In this document: piece by piece, positions 17,956 through 27,332 of the stretch
How positions within the stretch are numbered: position 1 is the stretch's first letter
Layout of the letters: each line of letters starts with the position of its first letter
NCBI GenBank assembly: GCA_964642875.1
Contig: CAZXRF010000003.1
Coordinates: forward strand, 554 to 64,553
Reading direction: 5' to 3'
Length of the DNA: 64,000 nt
Origin: an uncultured Chitinophagales bacterium
GTDB lineage: Bacteria; Bacteroidota; Bacteroidia; Chitinophagales; JADIYW01
Notes under the pieces: generated by a model
What the model was told of the DNA's origin: nothing
Databases searched by the model: none
What the model saw: only the letters and a program-made list of their open reading frames with translations
Made by a program: the position numbers and the translations under genes

Positions 17956-18942
17956 TTATCTCATCATTATCATTATACTTTGTCTTGTTTTCATTTGCTG
18001 GTTTATATAATAATCAGGTGTGAATAGAAACATGCCATTGGGTTGATGTAATGATTTCCATGGTGCTGGTGGTAGGATGAAGTCTTTATCATATTCGCTA
18101 CCGGGCGTAGCTTCTTGTGTAAACAATGTTATACCTGGTGCAGCTATTTTCCATTCAAACTCATCGTGTTCTTTAAAATGACCTTTGCAATAAAATTTCA
18201 ATTCATCGTTTTCAATTTTTAATTTACCGGAAATTAAATTAAAAGAAGCACTCGGAGCATCAGCAGCTTTTAATTCAACTGTTTGTATGTCATTGCAGGA
18301 TGTTGCCGGTTCATAGAAAGATTCCGTGTTACTTCCTTGTCCTTCATCTTTTAAAGATAAATCATCATTCACTAAAATATGGTCAGCAAAAGAATAATGA
18401 TAATTGTAACTCATCAAAGAAGAACCGCCATTACATAAAGAAATTTCATCATTCATAAATGTTACCGTAACATGTTTTGGTACTACATATATTGTAAATT
18501 TACAAACTTTGTTTGGTTGGTAGCTGCTTCTCATTTCCACATCTAAAGCAATTTCTTCTGGCACATTTACCGGTGCCGCATATTTAAAAGATACTATGGT
18601 TTTTATTGTTTCAGTTCTAAATTTATAACTTGTTGGAATGATATATACAGTTCCATACACAGAATTATTCGTTACCTCAACATGATTTTTTCTGGTAAAT
18701 ACTTTTATGTCATCTACTACATGTTCTTTTAAATATTCAGCACTATCACGTACACCAGAAAAAGAAAATAATGAATTCGGAGTGATGAAAATCATTTCAT
18801 TGTTAATGAAGACAACATTGTTTTTCCGCAAATTGGTGGTGAACTTGAACCATGCATTTTCACCATAGTTAGCAGCTTGTAATACGGAAAATGAAATAAT
18901 ATTTATACTAATTAATGCAATAATTTTAAATTGTTTTTTCAT
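17956..18942 (-). CDS. Hypothetical secreted protein, beta-rich
   Basis: Signal peptide MKKQFKIIALISINIISFSVLQA. Start moved to the ATG at 18942, which removes the overlap with the upstream gene. Confidence 0.55.
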   Translation of the reverse strand: MKKQFKIIALISINIISFSVLQAANYGENAWFKFTTNLRKNNVVFINNEMIFITPNSLFSFSGVRDSAEYLKEHVVDDIKVFTRKNHVEVTNNSVYGTVYIIPTSYKFRTETIKTIVSFKYAAPVNVPEEIALDVEMRSSYQPNKVCKFTIYVVPKHVTVTFMNDEISLCNGGSSLMSYNYHYSFADHILVNDDLSLKDEGQGSNTESFYEPATSCNDIQTVELKAADAPSASFNLISGKLKIENDELKFYCKGHFKEHDEFEWKIAAPGITLFTQEATPGSEYDKDFILPPAPWKSLHQPNGMFLFTPDYYINQQMKTRQSIMIMMR

Positions 18943-18965
18943 GCTTTTTTGATTTGACAAATGAA

Positions 18966-19943
18966 TTATTTTAATTCGCTTATCCATTGCGTGGCTGCTG
19001 CTTTTGCAATAGTAGCGTTACTTTTTCCAGCTCGATAGACCATTTTCCATCTGTTATCTTTTGCTTCGTATTCTTTATTTGCAAATTGCCGTCCATTCAA
19101 AGTTGCATTAAAATCTACACTATTTATTATTGCAATAGAATTGGTAAGTGCCGTTTTTATATTTGCTTTTGCATCAGCATGTAATAAATACGTAGTTAAA
19201 TCTTTTGCCTGTTTTTGATAACTTTTTAGCAAAAGTTCTTTTTCGTGTTGGAAATTCTCCTCTATTTCTTTTTGTCTTTTCACTCCAGCGTCTCCACCAA
19301 ATTCGTTATCTATTGCTTCTAGGTTGGTGCTTTTTGCTTGTTCGTTAGCTTCTTTTGCCTGTTTCAACATTTGCTGTATTTGTGCTGCACTCATGCCGCT
19401 TTGTGCGGCTAATTGTGGGTTATTTGCCAGCATTTGCATTGCAGCATCTATTCCATTATTCGTGGCAGTTGAATTTTTTATCGCAGATTTTTCTAAAGCT
19501 TCTTTAGTCGTAGATTTTTTTCCTACAGCATAAGCCGTTTCCAGTCCTTTTAAATCTACTTGATATTGTTTCCAAAGTTTTATTGTATCGCTGTAAAATG
19601 GAATAGGTTTTTGCTTTTCTAATTCTGCAATAAAAGCTTGCTTAAATGCATCGCTATTGTAATATTGTTTTACATATTTAACGAGTTCATTCGCTGTTTC
19701 AGTTTTATCTAATCCATTTTTTAGATATGTTCTTAATAAAACAACGTTTGATGTTTCTGTTTTATAAAAATCAAAAATTGAAGAAGTATTTGGTTCACGC
19801 CCGTAAAGAGCAATATTTACAAGTTGTTTTTGTATATCTTTTTCGGCTAAACCAGTTTGTGTAAAAACAGTTTCAGCTATGGTAAATGCTGAGCCAATAA
19901 TAAATGCAAAAGTTGATACTAATATAATTTTTTTCGTTTTCAT
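18966..19943 (-). CDS. Hypothetical exported/anchored protein with a Gln/Ala-rich central linker
   Basis: N-terminal hydrophobic segment, helical composition. Middle gene of the OmpA-family operon. Confidence 0.55.
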   Translation of the reverse strand: MKTKKIILVSTFAFIIGSAFTIAETVFTQTGLAEKDIQKQLVNIALYGREPNTSSIFDFYKTETSNVVLLRTYLKNGLDKTETANELVKYVKQYYNSDAFKQAFIAELEKQKPIPFYSDTIKLWKQYQVDLKGLETAYAVGKKSTTKEALEKSAIKNSTATNNGIDAAMQMLANNPQLAAQSGMSAAQIQQMLKQAKEANEQAKSTNLEAIDNEFGGDAGVKRQKEIEENFQHEKELLLKSYQKQAKDLTTYLLHADAKANIKTALTNSIAIINSVDFNATLNGRQFANKEYEAKDNRWKMVYRAGKSNATIAKAAATQWISELK

Positions 19944-19972
19944 GCGTTTTAAATTTTTATTTTAAAATAGTT

Positions 19973-21295
19973 TTATTGTTTTACAAATTCTACACGTCTG
20001 TTGTTTGCTTTGCCATTGTCCGTACTGTTATCAGCAATTGGTTTTGTTTTACCATATCCTTTTGTTGTTAATCGTGAAGCGTCAATATCCATTGCAACTA
20101 ATTGTGCTTTTACGGCATCTGCACGTTGCTGCGAAAGTTTCAAATTATAAGCAGCATCACCATCGCTATCGGTATGCCCGCCAATTTCAAATTTTAATTC
20201 AGGATGTTGATTCATCATGATCACTATACGATTCAATTCCCCCATACTTTCAGGTTTTATTGTTGCTTTGTTGAAATCAAAATTTATTCCTCGTGCAATA
20301 AACTTTGCATCAACATTAGAAGTAAGTTGCTTATATGGATCTTTTAGTCCTGTAGCAATTCTGACATTTTTAACGAAGAACTGCCATCCGTTTTCTTCTT
20401 TAGAAGGGCCTTCGCAATATAAATAGAGTGAGGCAGGCTGTCCGTCTTTTGATATATTTAATACACGCTGACTATTTAAATAAACTTTCATGGTTGTTTC
20501 AGTTACAGCAATCGAAACATGAACCCATTTATCTTTTAATTCATTATTTTCAGGGTCACTTACCTTGTATTTACCTTTTGATCCATTAAAAGATAAATCA
20601 CCGGACATGTATATTTGTAAATCATTTGGTCTAAAATCGCCTAAGGCTTCAGTATTGTCTATATCTTCTGAGTGAAAAACAACGGTACAACCACCGCTGC
20701 TGCTTTCCGTTAAATCAACCCCTGAATTACTTCTGAATAAATAATCAAATTCTACAGTAAACCGTGAAGGTAAGTAGCCGTATTTTTTCATGCGAGGATA
20801 CATACCTGTATAAAATCCATCCAAAAAGCCGACTACATTTTCATTGTTGATTTGTGTAATTTCAACGTTGCCTGTCGTTACTTTCCATTTGGATGGTATT
20901 TCATCTGTAGATTCATTTACAAAATTATCTTCAAAAATAACGCTATCACCAGGAACAAAGTCAAATTTTGCATATACTTTTAGATTTGCAGGTTGTTTGG
21001 AGTTGCTTGTATTGGTATTATTTTCACTTTTTACTGGCGTTGTAGTGTTCGCATCTGCAGAAGTAGTTTTACTATTGGCGGAAGAAGATTTACTATTTTG
21101 CGTTCCATTTACTGCTGCATCTTTACTTTTGTTATAAGCCTTGTCTGCGGCATTATCCACTTCGTTTTCAATTTTATTTTGTGCTTTGTTACTTAAGCCA
21201 TCCGCAATTCGATCGCCCAAAGTACCCCATTGTGCATACATGTTTAAAGTTGACAGCGATAGCATCATCACTATCAGATAGCATGGTTTTTTCAT
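19973..21295 (-). CDS. OmpA-family peptidoglycan-binding protein with an N-terminal jelly-roll/LamG-like domain
   Basis: C-terminal OmpA_C motif (FDFNKATI ... GHTDSDGDAAYNLKLSQQRA ... NRRVEF), signal peptide MKKPCYLIVMMLSLSTLNMYAQ and an Asn/Ser/Thr-rich linker. Start moved to 21295. Confidence 0.8.
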   Translation of the reverse strand: MKKPCYLIVMMLSLSTLNMYAQWGTLGDRIADGLSNKAQNKIENEVDNAADKAYNKSKDAAVNGTQNSKSSSANSKTTSADANTTTPVKSENNTNTSNSKQPANLKVYAKFDFVPGDSVIFEDNFVNESTDEIPSKWKVTTGNVEITQINNENVVGFLDGFYTGMYPRMKKYGYLPSRFTVEFDYLFRSNSGVDLTESSSGGCTVVFHSEDIDNTEALGDFRPNDLQIYMSGDLSFNGSKGKYKVSDPENNELKDKWVHVSIAVTETTMKVYLNSQRVLNISKDGQPASLYLYCEGPSKEENGWQFFVKNVRIATGLKDPYKQLTSNVDAKFIARGINFDFNKATIKPESMGELNRIVIMMNQHPELKFEIGGHTDSDGDAAYNLKLSQQRADAVKAQLVAMDIDASRLTTKGYGKTKPIADNSTDNGKANNRRVEFVKQ

Positions 21296-21381
21296 AGATT
21301 TCTTTTTTAGCTTTTTGTAATTCAAAATTAAGAGTATATTCAATTCTATTTTCGGACAAAATCGACTTTTACTTACGTTGT

Positions 21382-22716
21382 ATGCTTAAAGAACTTATAG
21401 AAATTTTATCAGAAACAGAAAAGACATCCTTGCTTGCTAAGGTTGCCACTAATTCTACATTACCCAATAAAATTTTATCGATATTGCTGGAAAATACCCA
21501 ACAAACGCAACAACAGATTGAAAAGAAATTAAAAATAAATGCAAACAGTTATTTTAAAAATGTAACGCTGGCTAAAGAGATTATTTTTGAAGTTATTAAA
21601 ACAGAAAATTCTACTTCGTATGATGATATTTTTCTGGTGCGCACTTTAATTTTTAGAGGATTACATACGCAAGCCAACAAACTTATTCTAAAATTAGAAG
21701 AGAAATATTTGTACGAAAAGTGGTATGGATTATTAGATGTACTGTATCACGAAAGTTTTAGAATGGCATATAATAGTTGCGATGTAAAAGAATTAGAAAA
21801 ACTAAATACCAAAGTAAAAATCAATCTTGAAAAATATCACCAATATACTTTGTTGGATAAACAATTGTTGTTAGACATGGCTAAATGTGAAAAGCGAGAG
21901 GTGAAACCAAATGAAATAACTTCTTATCTAAAACATTTGGAAAAACTTTATAAAGATTGCCATAAATTTGAACACCATGTTTTGGAATTTAATGCATTGC
22001 ATTGTTTGTATGAAGTGCATGTAAATTATACCAATGACTACAAAAGAGTATTGGAGACAATATCGAAAATGGAGCTGTTGATAGCTGCAAATAAAGAGAA
22101 AATGAATGAAAGGATTTATGCTAATATGCTCACTCATATTACTTTTCCTTATTGTATTTATGAGATTGAAGAAAACCCAGAAAAATATTTTGTCTATTTG
22201 TTGGATAGCTTCAAAAATATAAACCACCATTTTATAATTTCTGAAATATTATTGCATTTTGTTATTTACTATTTCACTCAGCGAAACTATGATAAAATGG
22301 CTGAAATTTGTGACTGTATAAAAGAATACTCTTCAGAAAAATCAAATCAATACAAAGAGTCGTTTTCCGCAGTATTACGGGCATTTTCTCAGAATAATCA
22401 TAAAGATTTTCATACGCAAAAAAATAGATTTTATAATACTGAAAATAGTAGAGATTCCTTACAGTGTGATTTGATGATAAGATATTTGGAGATACTATTG
22501 TTGATAAAAAATGAAGATGTAGAAACAGGATTAGATAAAATAGATGCAACGGAGAAATTTTTAAAAAGGAATTTTTCTACCGCAAGAATAAATGAAGACA
22601 AAGAATTAATTCAATTTTTTAGAAAGAAAATAAAAAACAAAACTAACGGTCAGCTGCCCAAGCAAGTTTTCCGATTTAATAATTATTTGCTGAATGAATT
22701 ATTAGAGCATAAGTAA
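21382..22716 (+). CDS. Hypothetical cytoplasmic helical-repeat protein (possible regulator)
   Basis: 444 aa with no signal peptide or TM segment and helical TPR-like composition. Divergent from the OmpA-family operon with only about 85 bp between the starts. Confidence 0.5.
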   Translation: MLKELIEILSETEKTSLLAKVATNSTLPNKILSILLENTQQTQQQIEKKLKINANSYFKNVTLAKEIIFEVIKTENSTSYDDIFLVRTLIFRGLHTQANKLILKLEEKYLYEKWYGLLDVLYHESFRMAYNSCDVKELEKLNTKVKINLEKYHQYTLLDKQLLLDMAKCEKREVKPNEITSYLKHLEKLYKDCHKFEHHVLEFNALHCLYEVHVNYTNDYKRVLETISKMELLIAANKEKMNERIYANMLTHITFPYCIYEIEENPEKYFVYLLDSFKNINHHFIISEILLHFVIYYFTQRNYDKMAEICDCIKEYSSEKSNQYKESFSAVLRAFSQNNHKDFHTQKNRFYNTENSRDSLQCDLMIRYLEILLLIKNEDVETGLDKIDATEKFLKRNFSTARINEDKELIQFFRKKIKNKTNGQLPKQVFRFNNYLLNELLEHK

Positions 22717-22788
22717 ATCTATTTTTTGGGGAATGCAGTATTGTTCTTTACTTTTTAGTTGATTAAAAAAATGAATGATTAATCAGCA

Positions 22789-24609
22789 CTAAAATTTCAC
22801 CTTTCCTGCGTCTATTTGTTTTTTTAATTCTGCGGTTAGAGGAATATATTTTTTATGCTGCAATACATATATGGTTTCCTCCTTGAAATTAATATTGTAT
22901 CCTTCTGTTTTTAAAGCATGTTTTTGATGTTTAAAAGTATTGGTGGTTTGTGTTTCTTTGCCAATTCTTAAAAACAAGGGGATGGCATACGGTGGTAATT
23001 CTTTACTTAAAAAAGTATAGAATTTTTCTATGTCTAATTGCTTCAAATTATCTTCCAAAATCAACAATGCCATGCCTGCTCTTCCACTGTTTTCTGGAAC
23101 TAATACACCATATACTACGCTTTCCAAAATTCCTTGAAATTGGTTGATAATACCTTCTACTTCTAAAGTAGATACATTCTCGCCTTTCCATCTAAATGTG
23201 TCGCCAAGCCTATCTACAAACTGCGTATGCCCGAAGCCCATGTCACGGACTAAATCGTTGGTGTTAAAATAGGCATCTCCCTTTTTTAATACGTTTCTGA
23301 AAATTGAGCCTTCCGTTTTTCCTTTTTCGGTGTAGCCGTCAAATGGGTATCTGTCATTAATTTCACCGAGCAATAATCCAGTTCCTTTTGCCGGTACTTC
23401 TTTCATAAAACCATGTTTGTTGCGTACCGGCTCGCCCTTTTCCAAATCGTATTCTACAATGGCGTAATTGGTAATGGAAAATCCCATTGTACCATCTAGA
23501 TTAAATACATTGAAAAAAGCAATATTCCCTTCGCTGGAAGCATAAAATTCAGCTACTTGTTCTATCCCAAATCTTGCTTTAAAATTTACCCAAATATCTG
23601 GACGAAGTCCATTGCCAATCATTTTTTTTAACGTACTTTTTTTCTCTAAGGTCTGCTCCGGTGCATTTAGCAAATACTTGCACATTTCGCCTACATATCC
23701 AAATGCAGTAGCTTGGTAAAATGCAATGTCTTTCCAAAATTCTGAAACACTAAATTTGTTTTTTATTACCATTGATGCACCACCTGCAACTACTGACGAC
23801 CAACAGACAATCATAGCTGTAGCATGAAAAAAAGGAAGTGGTACATACAAAATATCTTGGGATGTTAAGCGAAATGAAGTTAGCCCAAATGCGCTATATC
23901 CCTTTATCCATCTGCCATGCGAAATAATAGAGGCTTTGGGTAATCCTGTTGTTCCAGAAGTATAAATATATAAAAATGCATCTTTGGAGTGTATGCGCTC
24001 TTTTATTTTTGGTTCAGCTGCTGAAAACGTTTCACTGAAAATATCAAATGTTTTTATGCCTGTTTTTATAGGTGTTTTTATGCCCAAATGTGTTACCCAT
24101 CCAATGTTTTTTGTAGCAATTTCTAATTCCGATTTTATCTGTAAAAAGGGCTCGGAAAATTCTGTTCCGATGAGTATCATTTTTGGTTTTACCAACTTAA
24201 AACTATGTACTAAAGTTTGTTGGCGTTGTGCTGTATTTATTAATGCCGCAATACTACCTATTTTTGCCATTGCCATTGATACCGCCAATATCTCAGGACG
24301 GTTTTCTAACATTACAGCTATTACATATCCTTTTTTTATGCCTAAAGAAATAAAATGATTGGCCAATCTATTTACCCATTCATTAAAATCTTGATAGGTA
24401 TAAGTGGTACGATGATAAAATATACATGGACGATCCGGATATTTATGGACAGTTTTGTTAAAGATTTCACCAATAGAAATTTCTGTATTTGGATTTACTG
24501 TGTAGTTGTAATATAATGCAGTTAAAATTTTTGGTAAATCTTTTGTAATACCGGGAAGTTTAAATAATAGTTCTGGTAAATTAATATTCTTTTTTCGGTA
24601 GTCGTCCAT
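22789..24609 (-). CDS. FATP/very-long-chain acyl-CoA synthetase family
   Basis: AMP-binding motif YIYTSGTTGLPKA and the FATP signature DRLGDTFRWKGENVST. Confidence 0.85.
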   Translation of the reverse strand: MDDYRKKNINLPELLFKLPGITKDLPKILTALYYNYTVNPNTEISIGEIFNKTVHKYPDRPCIFYHRTTYTYQDFNEWVNRLANHFISLGIKKGYVIAVMLENRPEILAVSMAMAKIGSIAALINTAQRQQTLVHSFKLVKPKMILIGTEFSEPFLQIKSELEIATKNIGWVTHLGIKTPIKTGIKTFDIFSETFSAAEPKIKERIHSKDAFLYIYTSGTTGLPKASIISHGRWIKGYSAFGLTSFRLTSQDILYVPLPFFHATAMIVCWSSVVAGGASMVIKNKFSVSEFWKDIAFYQATAFGYVGEMCKYLLNAPEQTLEKKSTLKKMIGNGLRPDIWVNFKARFGIEQVAEFYASSEGNIAFFNVFNLDGTMGFSITNYAIVEYDLEKGEPVRNKHGFMKEVPAKGTGLLLGEINDRYPFDGYTEKGKTEGSIFRNVLKKGDAYFNTNDLVRDMGFGHTQFVDRLGDTFRWKGENVSTLEVEGIINQFQGILESVVYGVLVPENSGRAGMALLILEDNLKQLDIEKFYTFLSKELPPYAIPLFLRIGKETQTTNTFKHQKHALKTEGYNINFKEETIYVLQHKKYIPLTAELKKQIDAGKVKF

Positions 24610-24620
24610 GTATATATTTT

Positions 24621-25820
24621 CTATTTTAATTCTGAAGAAGATTTGTTGAGCAATCTTCGTGCAATAATAAGTTGTTGAATTTGTTGTGTACCTTCAAATA
24701 TATCGAGTATTTTTGAATCTCTTGCCCATTTTTCTATTAACTCTTTGTAAGAATATCCTAACGAACTTCCCAATTCTACGCATTTTAATGTAATTTGATT
24801 GGTAATGCGTGCAGCCTTAGCTTTGCAAATGGAAGCATCTAAAGAATTTGGCATACGATTATCTGCCATCCAAGCTGCTTTTATTGTCAGCAAACGTGCT
24901 GCTTCATGCTCCGCTTCCATTCTGTATATTTCAGCTTCTACGGCTTTTACATTATTTATAGGAGTTTGATAATCTAAACTGATTTTATTATCTAAAATTT
25001 CCTTAGTTCTTTCGAGTGTAGCTTCGGCTACACCATTTGCCATCGACGCAACAAAAGGGCGGGTATTGTCAAACGTTTCCATTACGCCACCAAATCCTTT
25101 TTTCACATCAATATCTGGAGTGCCTAATAAATTTTCGGCCGGTACTTTACAGTCTGTAAATACAATAGCAGCAGTGTCAGAGGCTTTGATGCCTAATTTT
25201 TTTTCTAATCTTGCTACTTCCATACCCGGCGTTCCCTTTTCTACTACGAAAGATTTTATGGCTGCTTTTCCGATACTTTTATCTAATGTAGCCCACACCA
25301 CAACGGCATTGCAACGCTCGCCGGCGGTAACAAATATTTTTTCTCCATTTAAAATGTAATGATCACCTTCTTTGCGGGCAGTAGTAGTAATAGCTGAAGA
25401 ATCAGAGCCACAGTTTGGTTCTGTAATTGCCATTGCCGCCCATGATTTTGCAAAGCGTTGCTTTTGCTCTGGGTTGGCCACTGCGCTAATTGCCGCATTG
25501 CCCAATCCTTGGTTGGGAATAGATAATAACAAACCAACGTCGCCATAACACATCGCTTGTATGTTGATGCAGTTTGCGATATTGCCCCCATTTTTTACGG
25601 AAGAATTATCTGCATCTCCTTTTGAGGTAGCTGCTCCACCAATAGCATTCCCTGAACCTTCATTTAGCCCATTTAGCCCTGCGGCTAATAAATCTAATTC
25701 TGCAGGATAAGCATGTTCTGCTAAGTCATATTTTCTGGAAATGGGTCTGAAAACGGTTTTTGCTGCCATAGTGGCCATGTTCAAAACACCTTTATATTTG
25801 TTTGGAATTTCTAAATTCAT
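24621..25820 (-). CDS. Acyl-CoA dehydrogenase (catalytic-type subunit)
   Basis: ACAD fold pattern with the C-terminal ARDSKILDIFEGTQQIQ motif containing the MCAD-position catalytic Glu (codon 24693-24695). Start moved to the ATG at 25820. Confidence 0.85.
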   Translation of the reverse strand: MNLEIPNKYKGVLNMATMAAKTVFRPISRKYDLAEHAYPAELDLLAAGLNGLNEGSGNAIGGAATSKGDADNSSVKNGGNIANCINIQAMCYGDVGLLLSIPNQGLGNAAISAVANPEQKQRFAKSWAAMAITEPNCGSDSSAITTTARKEGDHYILNGEKIFVTAGERCNAVVVWATLDKSIGKAAIKSFVVEKGTPGMEVARLEKKLGIKASDTAAIVFTDCKVPAENLLGTPDIDVKKGFGGVMETFDNTRPFVASMANGVAEATLERTKEILDNKISLDYQTPINNVKAVEAEIYRMEAEHEAARLLTIKAAWMADNRMPNSLDASICKAKAARITNQITLKCVELGSSLGYSYKELIEKWARDSKILDIFEGTQQIQQLIIARRLLNKSSSELK

Positions 25821-25842
25821 TGTATTGATTTTTTCTTTTTTA

Positions 25843-27177
25843 TTAAATATGTAATCCATTTGCTGCAATAGCTACGGCACGTAAATCTCGATACCATCTT
25901 TCTACAGGAAAATCTTTAATGTAGCCATGTCCGCCTAAAAGTTGCACGCCGTTGCTTCCTATTTGCATAGATTTATCACAGCATAAAACATGTGCTAAAT
26001 ATGCATCGCGTTTAAAGTCAAGTCCTTGCTCTGCTCTTGCCGCAGCACGTTGGGTTAGGATTCGCATACTCTCTAATTCAATTTTCATATCAGCAATCAT
26101 AAATGCTACAGCTTGCCTATTGCTGATAGGTTCACCGAAAGCATAACGGTCGTTTGCATAAGTAATTACATAATCCAAAACAGCTTGGCAGCAACCGACG
26201 GATAAGGCGCACCAGCCTAATTTGGAATAGGAGATAAATGTATCGTATTGTATTCCTGCGTCGCCGCCAAGCATTGCAGAGGCATGTATTTTTACGGCAT
26301 CAAATTTTATTTCGCACATCTGAGCCGCATTTAAGCCCATGTATTTATCTCTTGTAATCTCTACGCCGGAAGTGTTTTTATCAATAATAAAAAGTTGAAT
26401 ACCATTATGCTCAGTAGTAGCTGCCACTAAGAAAAAAGAAGCATGTTCCGCTAATGGCACCATGTTTTTTATCCCATTTATTATAAAGTCATCGCCTTCT
26501 TTTGTAGCAGTGGTATTTAATTCGAAAGGAGAAAAAAGCGCAGAAGGTTCATTGATAGCAATAGTTGCTGTTTGGGGTTGTTCATTTAAAAACAATGGAA
26601 CTAACTCTTCTTGTTGGCTTTCTGTACCCCATTGAATAACTGCATTTAAAACGCTGTTTCCGGAAAATAATGCGAAGGCTTGCCCTAAATCACCATAAGC
26701 TAATGATTCTACCATCATCATTTGTGTTACAGTAGAGCGTTCTTGCGTCATGCCGCCTAATGATTCGGGTGTTTGCATAAATGCCAACTGCATTTCATTG
26801 TATTCTGCTTGTATTTCTTCGGAGATGGCTTTGTCGGCATCAATTTTTTCTGCAGCAGCACGCATTTTTGTTGCAAACTTTAAAAGCGTATCTTGAATCA
26901 TAGTTTGTTCCTCATCATAATTGAGGTCGAATAAATCAGAAGCTTTTTTAGAAGATGGACGCTGCGCATTTCCTGGTTGTATGCTTTTAAAAATTCGAGA
27001 AGTAGCACCAGCGGCACGTACACCATTTTTTGCTCCTAAATAAACTACTTGTTCGGATAATTTACGGAGATTTAATTGTTTGCCCAATTTGGAATCCAAT
27101 AATTGGTTGTAAAGTGTAAAGTAGTCTGCCCATGGTAAGTTTCCGGCGGACTTTGTTTTTCTATCGGTCTGTTTCAT
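25843..27177 (-). CDS. Acyl-CoA dehydrogenase family protein lacking the MCAD-position catalytic Glu
   Basis: ACAD-like throughout, with an N-terminal extension of about 90 aa. The C-terminus reads YRDLRAVAIAANGLHI-stop where YEGT is expected (Ala codon 25861-25863). Confidence 0.8.
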   Translation of the reverse strand: MKQTDRKTKSAGNLPWADYFTLYNQLLDSKLGKQLNLRKLSEQVVYLGAKNGVRAAGATSRIFKSIQPGNAQRPSSKKASDLFDLNYDEEQTMIQDTLLKFATKMRAAAEKIDADKAISEEIQAEYNEMQLAFMQTPESLGGMTQERSTVTQMMMVESLAYGDLGQAFALFSGNSVLNAVIQWGTESQQEELVPLFLNEQPQTATIAINEPSALFSPFELNTTATKEGDDFIINGIKNMVPLAEHASFFLVAATTEHNGIQLFIIDKNTSGVEITRDKYMGLNAAQMCEIKFDAVKIHASAMLGGDAGIQYDTFISYSKLGWCALSVGCCQAVLDYVITYANDRYAFGEPISNRQAVAFMIADMKIELESMRILTQRAAARAEQGLDFKRDAYLAHVLCCDKSMQIGSNGVQLLGGHGYIKDFPVERWYRDLRAVAIAANGLHI

Positions 27178-27332
27178 ATTTTAAATAATAACTTTGTGGA
27201 ATGAAAATACATAAAATAGATTGATAAACTTTTTTCTTTTGTTAAATTATATCCCAATTATTTTCTTATTAGATAATATCGGTGGATAAAATGATAGTGT
27301 GATAATTTAACTGCAAAGTGTGCTGTATTTTG

